A DNA stretch of 64,000 nt from the human T2T-CHM13v2.0 reference genome, Homo sapiens: assembly GCF_009914755.1 (NCBI RefSeq), contig NC_060940.1; one strand, given 5' to 3'. The position numbers and the translations under genes are program-made. Shown in pieces: positions 12,425 through 28,500 of the stretch (the stretch's first letter is position 1; every line of letters begins with the position of its first letter). The notes under the pieces were generated by a model. The model was not told where the DNA came from. It worked only from the letters and a program-made list of their open reading frames with translations, and made no database searches.

Positions 12425-15400
12425 GTAAACTCAACGATTCCATTCAATACCATTCGATGATGATTCCTTTTGAGTCCATTCAATGATTTCATTCAAGTCC
12501 ATTTGATGATTCCTTTCAATTCCATTCTATGATGATTCCATTCGAGTCCATTCGATGATTCCATTCGATTGCATTCGATGATTCCATTATATTCCATTCA
12601 ACGGTGATTCCATTCGAGTCCATTCCATGATTCCATTAGAGTACATTTAATGATTGCTTTGTTTTCAATTCGAAGATGATTACATTGGATTCCATTCTAT
12701 GATACCATTCGATTCCATTCAATGATGATTCCACTCAAATCCATTGGATGATTCCATTCGTGTCCATTCGGTGATTTCATTAGATTCCATTCGAGGATGA
12801 TTCCATTCGATTCCATTCGATGATTCCATTCAATTCCATTCGATGATGATTCCATTCCAGTCCATATGATCATTCCATTTGATTTCATTCGATGATGATT
12901 CCATTCGATTCCTTTCGACGATTCCATTCTATTCCATTCGATGATGATTCCATTCGAGTCCATTCGATGATTCCATTCGAGTCCATTTAATGATTCCATT
13001 GGGTTCAATTCAATTATGATTACATTGGATTCCGTTCTATGATTCCATTCAATTCCGTTCATTGACAATTTGATTCCATTCGATGATGATTCCATTTGAG
13101 TTCATTCGATGATTCTATTCGATTCTCTTCGATGGTGATTCAATTCTATTATATTGGATGATTCCACTCGATTCCATTTGATGATTATTCCATTGGAGTC
13201 CACTTAGTGAATCCTTTAGATTCTACTCGACGATGATTCCATTCGAGTCCATTCGATGATACCATTCAATTCCATTCGTTGATGCTTCCATTCAAGTGCA
13301 TTCGATGATATCATTCGATTCCATTTGATGATAATTCCATTTGATTCCATGCGATGATTCTATTCGATTCCATTCAATGATAATTCCATTCAATTCAGTG
13401 ATTCCTCTGGACTCCATTTGATGATGATTCCATTCAATGATTCCATTCGATTCTATTCGAAAATGATTCCATTTGAACCCATTTGATGATGATTCCATTA
13501 GATTCCATTTGATGATTCCATTCGATTCCATTCGACGATGATTCCATTCGATTCCGTTTGATGATTCCATTCTATTCTATTCGACGATGATTCCATTCGA
13601 TTCCATTTGATGTTGATTCAATTCGATTCTATTCGATGATGATTCCATTGGATTTCACTTGATGATTCTATTCGATTCCATTCAATGATGATTCACTTCT
13701 CGTCCATTGGATGATTCCATTTCATTCCATTCGATGATGATTCCATTCGATTCCATTCGATGATTCCATTTGATTCCATGCGACGGTGAGCAATTCGATT
13801 CAATTCCATGATGATTCTATTTGATTCAATTAGATGATGTTTCCATTCGAATCCATTCCATGATTATTCCATTGGAATCCATTCGGCGATGATTCCATAT
13901 GAGTCAATTCAATGATGATTCCATATGTGTCCGTTCGATGATAATTCCATTTGATTTCATTCGATGCTTCTATTCTATTCCAGTCGATGATGATTCCGTT
14001 GGAGTCCATACGATGATTCCATTTGATTTCATTTAATGATGATTCCATTCGATGATGATTACATTGGATTCCATTCTATGATTCCATTCAATTCCATTCG
14101 TTGATGATTCGATTCCATTCAATGATGATTCCATTTGAGTTCATTCGATGATTCTATTCGATTCCGTTCGATGGTGATTCAATTCTATTATATTGGATGA
14201 TTCCACTCGATTCCATTTGATGATTATTCCATTGGAGTCCACTTAGTGAATCCTTTAGATTCTACTCGACGATTATTCCATTCGAGTCCATTCGATGATA
14301 CCATTCAATTCCATTCGTTGATGCTTCCATTCAAGTGCATTTGATGATATCATTCGATTCCATTTGATGATAATTCCATTTGATTTCATTCGATGCTTCT
14401 ATTCTATTCCAGTCGATGATGATTCCGTTGGAGTCCATACGATGATTCCATTTGATTTCATTTGATGATGATTCCATTCGATGATGATTACATTGGATTC
14501 CATTCTATGATTCCATTCAATTCCATTCGTTGATGATTCGATTCCATTCAATGATGATTCCATTTGAGTTCATTCGATGATTCTATTCGATTCCGTTCGA
14601 TGGTGATTCAATTCTATTATATTGGATGATTCCAGTCGATTCCATTTGATGATTATTCCATTGGAGTCCACTTAGTGAATCCTTTAGATTCTACTCGACG
14701 ATGATTCCATTCGAGTCCATTCGATGATACCATTCAATTCCATTCGTTGATGCTTCCATTCAAGTGCATTCGATGATATCATTCGATTCCATTTGATGAT
14801 AATTCCATTTGATTCCATGCGATGATTCTATTCGATTCCATTCAATGATAATTCCATTCAATTCAGTGATTCCTCTGGACTCCATTTGATGATGATTCCA
14901 TTCAATGATTCCATTCGATTCTATTCGAAAATGATTCCATTTGAATCCATTTGATGATGATTCCATTAGATTCCATTTGATGATTCCATTCGATTCCATT
15001 CGACGATGATTCCATTCGATTCCGTTTGATGATTCCATTCTATTCTATTCGATGATGATTCCATTCGATTCCATTCGATGATGATTGGATTCGATTTCAT
15101 TTGATGATTTCATTTGATTCCATTCGTTAATGATTTCGATCAATTCCATTCGATGATTCCATTCGATTCCATTCGATAATGATTACATCCGAGTCCATTC
15201 GATGATTCCCTTTGAGCCTGTTCGATAATTCCATTTGAGTCCAACCAATGATTCCATTCATTTCCATTCAATGATTCCATTCGAGTCCATTTGATCATTC
15301 CGGTAGGGTCCATTCGATGTTGATTCCATTGGAGTGCATTCGATGATTCCATTCGAGTCCATTTTAGGATTTGATTCGAGTCCTTTCGATGATTCCATTC

Positions 15401-18400
15401 GATTCCACTCGATGATGATTTCATTCGAGTCCATTCGACACTTCCAATCGATTCCATTTGATGATTCCATTCGAGTCCAATTGATGATTCCATTCAATTC
15501 CATTCGATGATGATTCCGTACGATTCCATTCTGTGATGATTCCATGTGATTGCATTCAATGATGATTCCTTTCGATTGCATTCGATTATGATTCATTTCG
15601 TGTTCATTCTATGGTTCCACAGGTTTCCATTCGTGTCCATTCCATTATTCCATTCTATTCCATTTGATGATGATTCCATTCGATTCCATTCATTGGTGAT
15701 TCCACTCAATTCCATTCAATGATTCCATTCCATTTCTTTCAACAATGATTCCATTAGTTTCTAATCGATGATCCACTTGATTCCATTTGACGACGATTCC
15801 ATTCTTGTCCATTCGATGATTCCATTTGATTCCATATGATGATGATTCCATTCGATTCCATACCATGATGATTCCATTCGAGTCCATTCAATGGTGATTC
15901 CATTCAATTCCATTCGATGATTCCTTTCTATTCCATTCGATGATGATGGCATTCGATTCCTTTCAATCATTCCCTTTGATTCCATTCCGAGGTGATTTCA
16001 TTCAAGTCCATTCGATAATTGCATTCGATTCCATTCTATGATGATTCCATTCGAGTCCATTTGATGATTCCATTCAATTCAAGTCAATGATGATTCCATT
16101 CGATTCCATTCGATGATTCCATTGGATTCCATTCGATGATGATTCCATTCAAATCCATTCGATAATTCAATTCAAGTCCATTCGATGATGATTCCAATCG
16201 AATCCATTCAAAGATTCCATTCAGTTCCATTCGATGATTCCCTTAGATTCCATTCGATGATTCCACTTGATTGCATTTACGATGATTCCATTCGATTCCA
16301 TGTGATGATTCCATTCAATTCTATTCAATGATGTCTCCATTTGATTCCATTCGACCATGATTGCCTTTGATTCCATTCAATGATTCCATTCGGTTCCGTT
16401 TGATGATGATTCCGTTCGATTCCATTTGATGATTCCATTTGATTCCATTGGATGAGTCCATTCGATTACATTCGATGATTATTCCATTCGAGTGCATTAG
16501 ATGATTCCATTCGAGTCCATTCGATGATTCCATTCGATTCCATTCGATGTTGATTCTGTTCAAATCCATTCGATGATTCCACTCGATTCCATTCGTTGAC
16601 TCCATTTGATCCCATTCGATGATTTCCTTTGATTCCCTTTGATGATCATTCCATTTGATTCAATTCGGTGATTTCATTTGATTCCATTCAGTGATGTTTC
16701 CATTCGACTCCATTCGATGATGATTCCATTCGACTCCATTCGATTATGATTTCATTCAATTCCATTCGATAATGATTCCCTTCGAGTCCATTCGATGATT
16801 CCATTCGATTCCATTCAACGATGATTTGATTCGTGTCCATTCGATGATTCCATTTGATTCCACTTGATGATGATTCCATTCGAGTCCATTTGATGATTCC
16901 ATTCAATTCCATACTCCGATGATTTCTTTTGAGCCCACTCAATGCTTCCACTCGATTCCATATGATGATGACTCCATTCAATGAAATTCGATGATGATTC
17001 CATTCGCTTGCTTTCGATGATGATTCCACTTGAGTCCGTTAGAAGATTCTATTCAATTACATTCCATGACGATTCCGTTCGAGTCCATTTGATGATTCCA
17101 TTAGACTCCATTCGACGATGATTCCATTCGATGTTATTCGATGATTCCATTCGATCTCATTCGATGATGATTCCATTCAACTCCATTCGATGTTTCCATT
17201 CGAGTTCATTCTATTATTCCATTAGATTCCATTCGATGATGATTCCATTCGATTCCATTTAATGATTGCATTCTATTTCATTTGATGATGATTCCATTCG
17301 AGTCCACTCGATGATTCCATTCGAGTCCATTTAATGAATCCATTGGTTTCAATTCTATGATGATTACATTGGATTCCATTCGTTGATGATTTCATTCGGT
17401 TCCTTTCAATGATGATTCCATTCAATTCCTTTCAATGTTTCCATTCAATTCCATACGATGATGATTCCATTTGATTTGATTCGACAGTGAGCCATTCGAT
17501 TCAATTCCATGATGATTCTATTTGATTCAATTGGTTGACATTTCCATTCGATTCCATTCGATGATGATTCCCTTTGATTCCGTTCAAAGATGATTCCATT
17601 CTAGCCCATTCAATCATTCCATTCGATTCTATTCAATGATGATTCCATTCATGTCGATTTGGTGATTCCATTTGACTTCATTTGATGATGATTCCTTTCA
17701 AGTTCATTAGATGATTCCATTCGATTCCATTTGATGATGATCCCATTCGAGTCTATTCAGTGATACCATTCGTTTCCATTCCATGATGATTCCATTCCAT
17801 TCCATTCAATGATTCCATTCGATTCCGTTTGATGATGATTTCATTCGAGTCCATTTGATGATTCCATTTGATTCCATTCGATGATGATTCCATTCGAGTC
17901 CATTCGATGATTCTATTCGAATCCATTTGATGATTTCTTTTGATTATAGTTGGTGATGATTCCATTGGAGTCCATTCAATGATTCCATTCTATTCCAATC
18001 GATGATGATTCCATTAGAGTCCATTTAATGATTCCATTTGATTCCAGTCTCTGATGATTACATTCGAGTCCATACGATGATTCCACTCAATTCCATATGA
18101 TGATGATTCCATTTGATTCCATTCGGTGATTCCATTCTATTCTATTCAATGGTGATTCCATTCGAGTACATTAGATGATTCCATTCGATTCCATTCAATG
18201 ATGATTCTATTTGTGTCCCTTAGATGATTCCACATGATTCCATTAGATGATGATACTATTTGAGCCCATCCAATGATTCCCTTCGATTCCATTCGATGAG
18301 GATTCAATTCGATTCAATTCATTGGTGATTCTATTCAATTCAATTCTTTGATTCCATTCCATTCCATTCGACAATGATTCCATTCGATTTCTTTCAATGA

Positions 18401-19394
18401 TTCCACTCGATTCCACTTGACATTGATTCCATTCGATTCCATTCAATGATTCCATTTGATTCCAGTGGATGATGATTGCCATCGATTCCATTCGATCACT
18501 CCATTCTATTCCATTTGATGATGATTACATTCGATTCCATTTGATGATTCCATCTGATTCTATTCGAGGATTCCATTTGATTCCATTCGATGATGATTCC
18601 ATTCGAGTCCATTCGATGATTTCATTCGAGTACATCCAATGATTCCATTCGAGTCCATTAGATGATTCCATTTGATTCCATTTGAAAATGATTCTACTAG
18701 AGTCCATTCAATGACTCCATTCGAGTCCATTCAACAATTCCATTCGACTCCATTCGATGATTCCATTCGATTCCATTTGATGGTTCCATTCGAGTCCATT
18801 TAATCATTACAGTCGAGTCCATTTGGTGATTCCACTGGATTTCTTTTGATAATGATACCATTCAATTACATTTGATGATGATCCCATTCAATTTCATTTG
18901 ATGATGATTCCATTAGAGTCCATTCGATGATTTCATTCGAGTCCCTTCATTGATTCCATCCGATTTCATTGGATGATGACTCCATTCGAGTCCATTCGAT
19001 GATTCCACTCGATTCCATTAGATGACTCCATTGGAGTCCATTTGATTGTTCCATTCGATTCCATTCGATTCCTTTCGAAGATTATTCCATTTGAGTCCAT
19101 TCGATGATGATTCCATTCCATTCCATTCGATGATTCCGTTTGATTCCATTCGATGATTCCCTTCGATTCCTTTCTTTGATGATTCCATTCCATTCCATTC
19201 AATGATTCCATTCGAATCTATTCCATGATGATTCCTTTCGATTCCATTCGCTGATGTTTCCGTTCAATTCCATTCGATGATGATTCCATTCGATTCCATT
19301 CATTGAGGATTCCATTTGATTCCATTCAATGATGATTCCATTCTATTCCATTCAATGATTGCATTCAATTCCATTCAATGATTATCCCATTAGA
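12425..19394 (+). repeat. Higher-order repeat unit 3 (6970 bp = 6112 + 2 x 429; internal rearrangement)
   Basis: Marker at 12425 and 19395. The once-per-unit word ACTTAGTGAATCC occurs three times (~13202, ~14241, ~14670). ORF offsets shift by +429 (13830 vs expected 13401) and then +858 (14760 vs expected 13902). Confidence 0.93.
13937..14794 (+). repeat. 429-bp tandem duplication with 20-bp junction microhomology
   Basis: GATGATAATTCCATTTGATT occurs at unit-1 positions 1284 and 1713 (429 apart). At 14366 the sequence arrives in the second context (AAGTGCATT..GATATCATTCG) and leaves in the first (TCATTCGATGCTTCTATT). Confidence 0.88.
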
Positions 19395-22300
19395 GTAAAC
19401 TCAACGATTCCATTCAATACCATTCGATGATGATTCCTTTTGAGTCCATTCAATGATTTCATTCAAGTCCATTTGATGATTCCTTTCAATTCCATTCTAT
19501 GATGATTCCATTCGAGTCCATTCGATGATTCCATTCGATTGCATTCGATGATTCCATTATATTCCATTCAACGGTGATTCCATTCGAGTCCATTCCATGA
19601 TTCCATTAGAGTACATTTAATGATTGCCTTGTTTTCAATTCGATGATGATTACATTGGATTCCATTCTATGATACCATTCGATTCCATTCAATGATGATT
19701 CCACTCAAATCCATTGGATGATTCCATTCATGTCCATTCGGTGATTTCATTAGATTCCATTCGAGGATGATTCCATTCGATTCCATTCGATGATTCCATT
19801 CAATTCCATTCGATGATGATTCCATTCCAGTCCATATGATCATTCCATTTGATTTCATTCGATGATGATTCCATTCGATTCCATTCGACGATTCCATTCT
19901 ATTCCATTCGATGATGATTCCATTCGAGTCCATTCGATCATTCCATTCGAGTCCATTTAATGATTCCATTGGGTTCAATTCAATGATGATTACATTGGAT
20001 TCCGTTCTATGATTCCATTCAATTCCATTCATTGACAATTTGATTCCATTCGATGATGATTCCATTTGAGTTCATTCGATGATTCTATTCGATTCTCTTC
20101 GATGGTGATTCAATTCTATTATATTGGATGATTCCATTCGATTCCATTTGATGTTGATTCAATTCGATTCTATTCGATGATGATTCCATTGGATTTCACT
20201 TGATGATTCTATTCGATTCCATTCAATGATGATTCACTTCTCGTCCATTGGATGATTCCATTTCATTCCATTCGATGATGATTCCATTCGATTCCATTCG
20301 ATGATTCCATTTGATTCCATGCGACGGTGAGCAATTCGATTCAATTCCATGATGATTCTATTTGATTCAATTAGATGATGTTTCCATTCGAATCCATTCC
20401 ATGATTATTCCATTGGAATCCATTCGGCGATGATTCCATATGAGTCAATTCAATGATGATTCCATATGGGTCCGTTCGATGATAATTCCATTTGATTTCA
20501 TTCGATGCTTCTATTCTATTCCAGTCGATGATGATTCCGTTGGAGTCCATACGATGATTCCATTTGATTTCATTTGATGATGATTCCATTCGATGAGGAT
20601 TACATTGGATTCCATTCTATGATTCCATTCAATTCCATTCGTTGATGATTCGATTCCATTCAATGATGATTCCATTTGAGTTCATTCGATGATTCTATTC
20701 GATTCCGTTCGATGGTGATTCAATTCTATTATATTGGATGATTCCACTCGATTCCATTTGATGATTATTCCATTGGAGTCCACTTAGTGAATCCTTTAGA
20801 TTCTACTCGACGATGATTCCATTCGAGTCCATTCGATGATACCATTCAATTCCATTCGTTGATGCTTCCATTCAAGTGCATTCGATGATATCATTCGATT
20901 CCATTTGATGATAATTCCATTTGATTCCATGCGATGATTCTATTCGATTCCATTCAATGATAATTCCATTCAATTCAGTGATTCCTCTGGACTCCATTTG
21001 ATGATGATTCCATTCAATGATTCCATTCGATTCTATTCGAAAATGATTCCATTTGAATCCATTTGATGATGATTCCATTAGATTCCATTTGATGATTCCA
21101 TTCGATTCCATTCGACGATGATTCCATTCGATTCCGTTTGATGATTCCATTCTATTCTATTCGATGATGATTCCATTCGATTCCATTCGATGATGATTGG
21201 ATTCGATTCCATTTGATGATTTCATTTGATTCCATTCGTTAATGATTTCGATCAATTCCATTCGATGATTCCATTCGATTCCATTCGATAATGATTACAT
21301 CCGAGTCCATTCGATGATTCCCTTTGAGCCTGTTCGATAATTCCATTTGAGTCCAACCAATGATTCCATTCATTTCCATTCAATGATTCCATTCGAGTCC
21401 ATTTGATCATTCCGGTAGGGTCCATTCGATGTTGATTCCATTGGAGTGCCTTCGATGATTCCATTCGAGTCCATTTTAGGATTTGATTCGAGTCCTTTCG
21501 ACGATTCCATTCAATTCCACTCGATGATGATTTCATTCGAGTCCATTCGACACTTCCAATCGATTCCATTTGATGATTCCATTCGAGTCCAATTGATGAT
21601 TCCATTCAATTCCATTCGATGATGATTCCGTACGATTCCATTCTGTGATGATTGCATGTGATTGCATTCAATGATGATTCCTTTCGATTGCATTCGATTA
21701 TGATTCATTTCGTGTTCATTCTATGGTTCCACAGGTTTCCATTCGTGTCCATTCCATTATTCCATTCTATTCCATTTGATGATGATTCCATTCGATTCCA
21801 TTCATTGGTGATTCCACTCAATTCCATTCAATGATTCCATTCCATTTCTTTCAACAATGATTCCATTAGTTTCTAATCGATGATCCACTTGATTCCATTT
21901 GACGACGATTCCATTCTTGTCCATTCGATGATTCCATTTGATTCCATATGATGATGATTCCATTCGATTCCATACCATGATGATTCCATTCGAGTCCATT
22001 CAATGGTGATTCCATTCAATTCCATTCGATGATTCCTTTTGATTCCATTCGATGATGATGGCATTCGATTCCTTTCAATCATTCCCTTTGATTCCATTCA
22101 AAGGTGATTTCATTCAAGTCCATTCGATAATTGCATTCGATTCCATTCTATGATGATTCCATTCGAGTCCATTTGATGATTCCATTCAATTCAAGTCAAT
22201 GATGATTCCATTCGATTCCATTCGATGATTCCATTGGATTCCATTCGATGATGATTCCATTCAAATCCATTCGATAATTCAATTCAAGTCCATTCGATGA

Positions 22301-25300
22301 TGATTCCAATCGAATCCATTCAAAGATTCCATTCAGTTCCATTCGATGATTCCCTTAGATTCCATTCGATGATTCCACTTGATTGCATTTACGATGATTC
22401 CATTCGATTCCATGTGATGATTCCATTCAATTCTATTCAATGATGTCTCCATTTGATTCCATTCGACCATGATTGCCTTTGATTCCATTCAATGATTCCA
22501 TTCGGTTCCGTTTGATGATGATTCCGTTCGATTCCATTTGATGATTCCATTTGATTCCATTGGATGAGTCCATTCGATTACATTCGATGATTATTCCATT
22601 CGAGTGCATTAGATGATTCCATTCGAGTCCATTCGATGATTCCATTCGATTCCATTCGATGTTGATTCTGTTCAAATCCATTCGATGATTCCACTCGATT
22701 CCATTCGTTGACTCCATTTGATCCCATTTGATGATTTCCTTTGATTCCCTTTGATGATCATTCCATTTGATTCAATTCGGTGATTTCATTTGATTCCATT
22801 CAGTGATGTTTCCATTCGACTCCATTCGATGATGATTCCATTCGACTCCATTCGATTATGATTTCATTCAATTCCATTCGATAATGATTCCCTTCGAGTC
22901 CATTCGATGATTCCATTCGATTCCATTCAACGATGATTTGATTCGTGTCCATTCGATGATTCCATTTGATTCCACTTGATGATGATTCCATTCGAGTCCA
23001 TTTGATGATTCCATTCAATTCCATACTCCGATGATTTCTTTTGAGCCCACTCAATGCTTCCACTCGATTCCATATGATGATGACTCCATTCGATGAAATT
23101 CGATGATGATTCCATTCGCTTGCTTTCGATGATGATTCCACTTGAGTCCGTTAGAAGATTCTATTCAATTACATTCCATGACGATTCCGTTCGAGTCCAT
23201 TTGATGATTCCATTAGACTCCATTCGACGATGATTCCATTCGATGTTATTCCATGATTCCATTCGATCTCATTCGATGATGATTCCATTCAACTCCATTC
23301 GATGTTTCCATTCGAGTTCATTCTATTATTCCATTAGATTCCATTCGATGATGATTCCATTCGATTCCATTTGATGATTGCATTCTATTTCATTTGATGA
23401 TGATTCCATTCGAGTCCACTCGATGATTCCATTCGAGTCCATTTAATGAATCCATTGGTTTCAATTCTATGATGATTACATTGGATTCCATTCGTTGATG
23501 ATTTCATTCGGTTCCATTCAATGATGATTCCATTCAATTCCTTTCAATGTTTCCATTCAATTCCATACGATGATGATTCCATTTGATTTGATTCGACAGT
23601 GAGCCATTCGATTCAATTCCATGATGATTCTATTTGATTCAATTGGTTGACATTTCCATTCGATTCCATTCGATGATGATTCCCTTTGATTCCGTTCCAA
23701 GATGATTCCATTCTAGCCCATTCAATCATTCCATTCGATTCTATTCAATGATGATTCCATTCATGTCGATTTGGTGATTCCATTTGACTTCATTTGATGA
23801 TGATTCCTTTCAAGTTCATTAGATGATTCCATTCGATTCCATTTGATGATGATCCCATTCGAGTCCATTCAGTGATTCCATTCGTTTCCATTCCATGATG
23901 ATTCCATTCCTTTCCATTCAATGATTCCATTCGATTCCGTTTGATGATGATTTCATTCGAGTCCATTTGATGATTCCATTTGATTCCATTCGATGATGAT
24001 TCCATTCGAGTCCATTCGATGATTCTATTCGAATCCATTTGATGATTTCTTTTGATTATATTTGGTGATGATTCCATTGGAGTCCATTCAATGATTCCAT
24101 TCTATTCCAATCGATGATGATTCCATTAGAGTCCATTTAATGATTCCATTTGATTCCAGTCTCTGATGATTACATTCGAGTCCATACGATGATTCCACTC
24201 AATTCCATATGATGATGATTCCATTTGATTCCATTCGGTGATTCCATTCTATTCTATTCAATGGTGATTCCATTCGAGTACATTAGATGATTCCATTCGA
24301 TTCCATTCAATGATGATTCTATTTGTGTCCCTTAGATGATTCCACATGATTCCATTAGATGATGATACTATTTGAGCCCATCCAATGATTCCCTTCGATT
24401 CCATTCGATGAGGATTCCATTCGATTCAATTCATTGGTGATTCTATTCAATTCAATTCTTTGATTCCATTCCATTCCATTCGACAATGATTCCATTCGAT
24501 TTCTTTCGATGATTCCACTCGATTCCACTTGACATTGATTCCATTCGATTCCATTCAATGATTCCATTTGATTCCAGTGGATGATGATTGCCATCGATTC
24601 CATTCGATCACTCCATTCTATTCCATTTGATGATGATTACATTCGATTCCATTTGATGATTCCATCTGATTCTATTCGAGGATTCCATTTGATTCCATTC
24701 GATGATGATTCCATTCGAGTCCATTCGATGATTTCATTCGAGTACATCCAATGATTCCATTCGAGTCCATTAGATGATTCCATTTGATTCCATTTGAAAA
24801 TGATTCTACTAGAGTCCATTCAATGACTCCATTCGAGTCCATTCAACAATTCCATTCGACTCCATTCGATGATTCCATTCGATTCCATTTGATGGTTCCA
24901 TTCGAGTCCATTTAATCATTACAGTCGAGCCCATTTGTTGATTCCACTGGATTTCTTTTGATAATGATACCATTCAATTACATTTGATGATGATCCCATT
25001 CAACTTCATTTGATGATGATTCCATTAGAGTCCATTCGATGATTTCATTCGAGTCCCTTCATTGATTCCATCCGATTTCATTGGATGATGACTCCATTCG
25101 AGTCCATTCGATGATTCCACTCGATTCCATTAGATGACTCCATTGGAGTCCATTTGATTGTTCCATTCGATTCCATTCGATTCCTTTCGAAGATTATTCC
25201 ATTTGAGTCCATTCGATGATGATTCCATTCCATTCCATTCGATGATTCCGTTTGATTCCATTCGATGATTCCCTTCGATTCCTTTCTTTGATGATTCCAT

Positions 25301-25506
25301 TCCATTCCATTCAATGATTCCATTCGAATCTATTCCATGATGATTCCTTTCGATTCCATTCGCTGATGTTTCCGTTCAATTCCATTCGATGATGATTCCA
25401 TTCGATTCCATTCATTGAGGATTCCATTTGATTCCATTCAATGATGATTCCATTCTATTCCATTCAATGATTGCATTCAATTCCATTCAATGATTATCCC
25501 CTTAGA
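19395..25506 (+). repeat. Higher-order repeat unit 4 (6112 bp)
   Basis: Marker at 19395 and 25507. Confidence 0.95.
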
Positions 25507-28500
25507 GTAAACTCAACGATTCCATTCAATACCATTCGATGATGATTCCTTTTGAGTCCATTCAATGATTTCATTCAAGTCCATTTGATGATTCCTTTCA
25601 ATTCCATTCTATGATGATTCCATTCGAGTCCATTCGATGATTCCATTCGATTGCATTCGATGATTCCATTATATTCCATTTAACGGTGATTCCATTCGAG
25701 TCCATTCCATGATTCCATTAGAGTACATTTAATGATTGCTTTGTTTTCAATTCGAAGATGATTAAATTGGATTCCATTCTATGATACCATTCGATTCCAT
25801 TCAATGATGATTCCACTCAAATCCATTGGATGATTCCATTCGTGTCCATTCGGTGATTTCATTAGATTCCATTCGAGGATGATTCCATTCAATTCCATTC
25901 GATGATGATTCCATTCCAGTCCATATGATCATTCCATTTGATTTCATTCGATGATGATTCCATTCGATTCCATTCGATGATTCCATTCTATTCCATTCGA
26001 TGATGATTCCATTCGAGTCCATTCGATGATTCCATTCGAGTCCATTTAATGATTCCATTGGGTTCAATTCAATGATGATTACATTGGATTCCGTTCTATG
26101 ATTCCATTCAATTCCGTTCATTGACAATTTGATTCCATTCGATGATGATTCCATTTGAGTTCATTCGATGATTCTATTCGATTCTCTTTGATGGTGATTC
26201 AATTCTATTATATTGGATGATTCCATTCGATTCCATTTGATGTTGATTCAATTCGATTCTATTCGATGATGATTCCATTGGATTTCACTTGATGATTCTA
26301 TTCGATTCCATTCGATGATGATTCACTTCTCGTCCATTGGATGATTCCATTTCATTCCATTCGATGATGATTCCATTCGATTCCATTCGATGATTCCATT
26401 TGATTCCATGCGACGGTGAGCAATTCGATTCAATTCCATGATGATTCTATTTGATTCAATTAGATGATGTTTCCATTCGAATCCATTCCATGATTATTCC
26501 ATTGGAATCCATTCGGCGATGATTCCATATGAGTCAATTCAATGATGATTCCATATGGGTCCGTTCGATGATAATTCCATTTGATTTCATTCGATGCTTC
26601 TATTCAATTCCAGTCGATGATGATTCCGTTGGAGTCCATACGATGATTCCATTTGATTTCATTTGATGATGATTCCATTCGATGATGATTACATTGGATT
26701 CCATTCTATGATTCCATTCAATTCCATTCGTTGATGATTCGATTCCATTCAATGATGATTCCATTTGAGTTCATTCGATGATTCTATTCGATTCCGTTCG
26801 ATGGTGATTCAATTCTATTATATTGGATGATTCCACTCGATTCCATTTGATGATTATTCCATTGGAGTCCACTTAGTGAATCCTTTAGATTCTACTCGAC
26901 GATGATTCCATTCGAGTCCATTCGATGATACCATTCAATTCCATTCATTGATGCTTCCATTCAAGTGCATTTGATGATATCATTCGATTCCATTTGATGA
27001 TAATTCCATTTGATTCCATGCGATGATTCTATTCGATTCCATTCAATGATAATTCCATTCAATTCAGTGATTCCTCTGGACTCCATTTGATGATGATTCC
27101 ATTCAATGATTCCATTCGATTCTATTCGAAAATGATTCCATTTGAATCCATTTGATGATGATTCCATTAGATTCCATTTGATGATTCCATTCGATTCCAT
27201 TCGACGATGATTCCATTCGATTCCGTTTGATGATTCCATTCTATTCTATTCGATGATGATTCCATTCGATTCCATTCGATGATGATTGGATTCGATTCCA
27301 TTTGATGATTTCATTTGATTCCATTCGTTAATGATTTCGATCAATTCCATTCGATGATTCCATTCGATTCCATTCGATAATGATTACATCCGAGTCCATT
27401 CGATGATTCCCTTTGAGCCTGTTCGATAATTCCATTTGAGTCCAACCAATGATTCCATTCATTTCCATTCAATGATTCCATTCGAGTCCATTTGATCATT
27501 CCGGTAGGGTCCATTCGATGTTGATTCCATTGGAGTGCCTTCGATGATTCCATTCGAGTCCATTTTAGGATTTGATTCGAGTCCTTTCGACGATTCCATT
27601 CAATTCCACTCGATGATGATTTCATTCGAGTCCATTCGACACTTCCAATCGATTCCATTTGATGATTCCATTCGAGTCCAATTGATGATTCCATTCAATT
27701 CCATTCGATGATGATTCCGTACGATTCCATTCTGTGATGATTGCATGTGATTGCATTCAATGATGATTCCTTTCGATTGCATTCGATTATGATTCATTTC
27801 GTGTTCATTCTATGGTTCCACAGGTTTCCATTCGTGTCCATTCCATTATTCCATTCTATTCCATTTGATGATGATTCCATTCGATTCCATTCATTGGTGA
27901 TTCCACTCAATTCCATTCAATGATTCCATTCCATTTCTTTCAACAATGATTCCATTAGTTTCTAATCGATGATCCACTTGATTCCATTTGACGACGATTC
28001 CATTCTTGTCCATTCGATGATTCCATTTGATTCCATATGATGATGATTCCATTCGATTCCATACCATGATGATTCCATTCGAGTCCATTCAATGGTGATT
28101 CCATTCAATTCCATTCGATGATTCCTTTTGATTCCATTCGATGATGATGGCATTCGATTCCTTTCAATCATTCCCTTTGATTCCATTCAAAGGTGATTTC
28201 ATTCAAGTCCATTCGATAATTGCATTCGATTCCATTCTATGATGATTCCATTCGAGTCCATTTGATGATTCCATTCAATTCAAGTCAATGATGATTCCAT
28301 TCGATTCCATTCGATGATTCCATTGGATTCCATTCGATGATGATTCCATTCAAATCCATTCGATAATTCAATTCAAGTCCATTCGATGATGATTCCAATC
28401 GAATCCATTCAAAGATTCCATTCAGTTCCATTCGATGATTCCCTTAGATTCCATTCGATGATTCCACTTGATTGCATTTACGATGATTCCATTCGATTCC

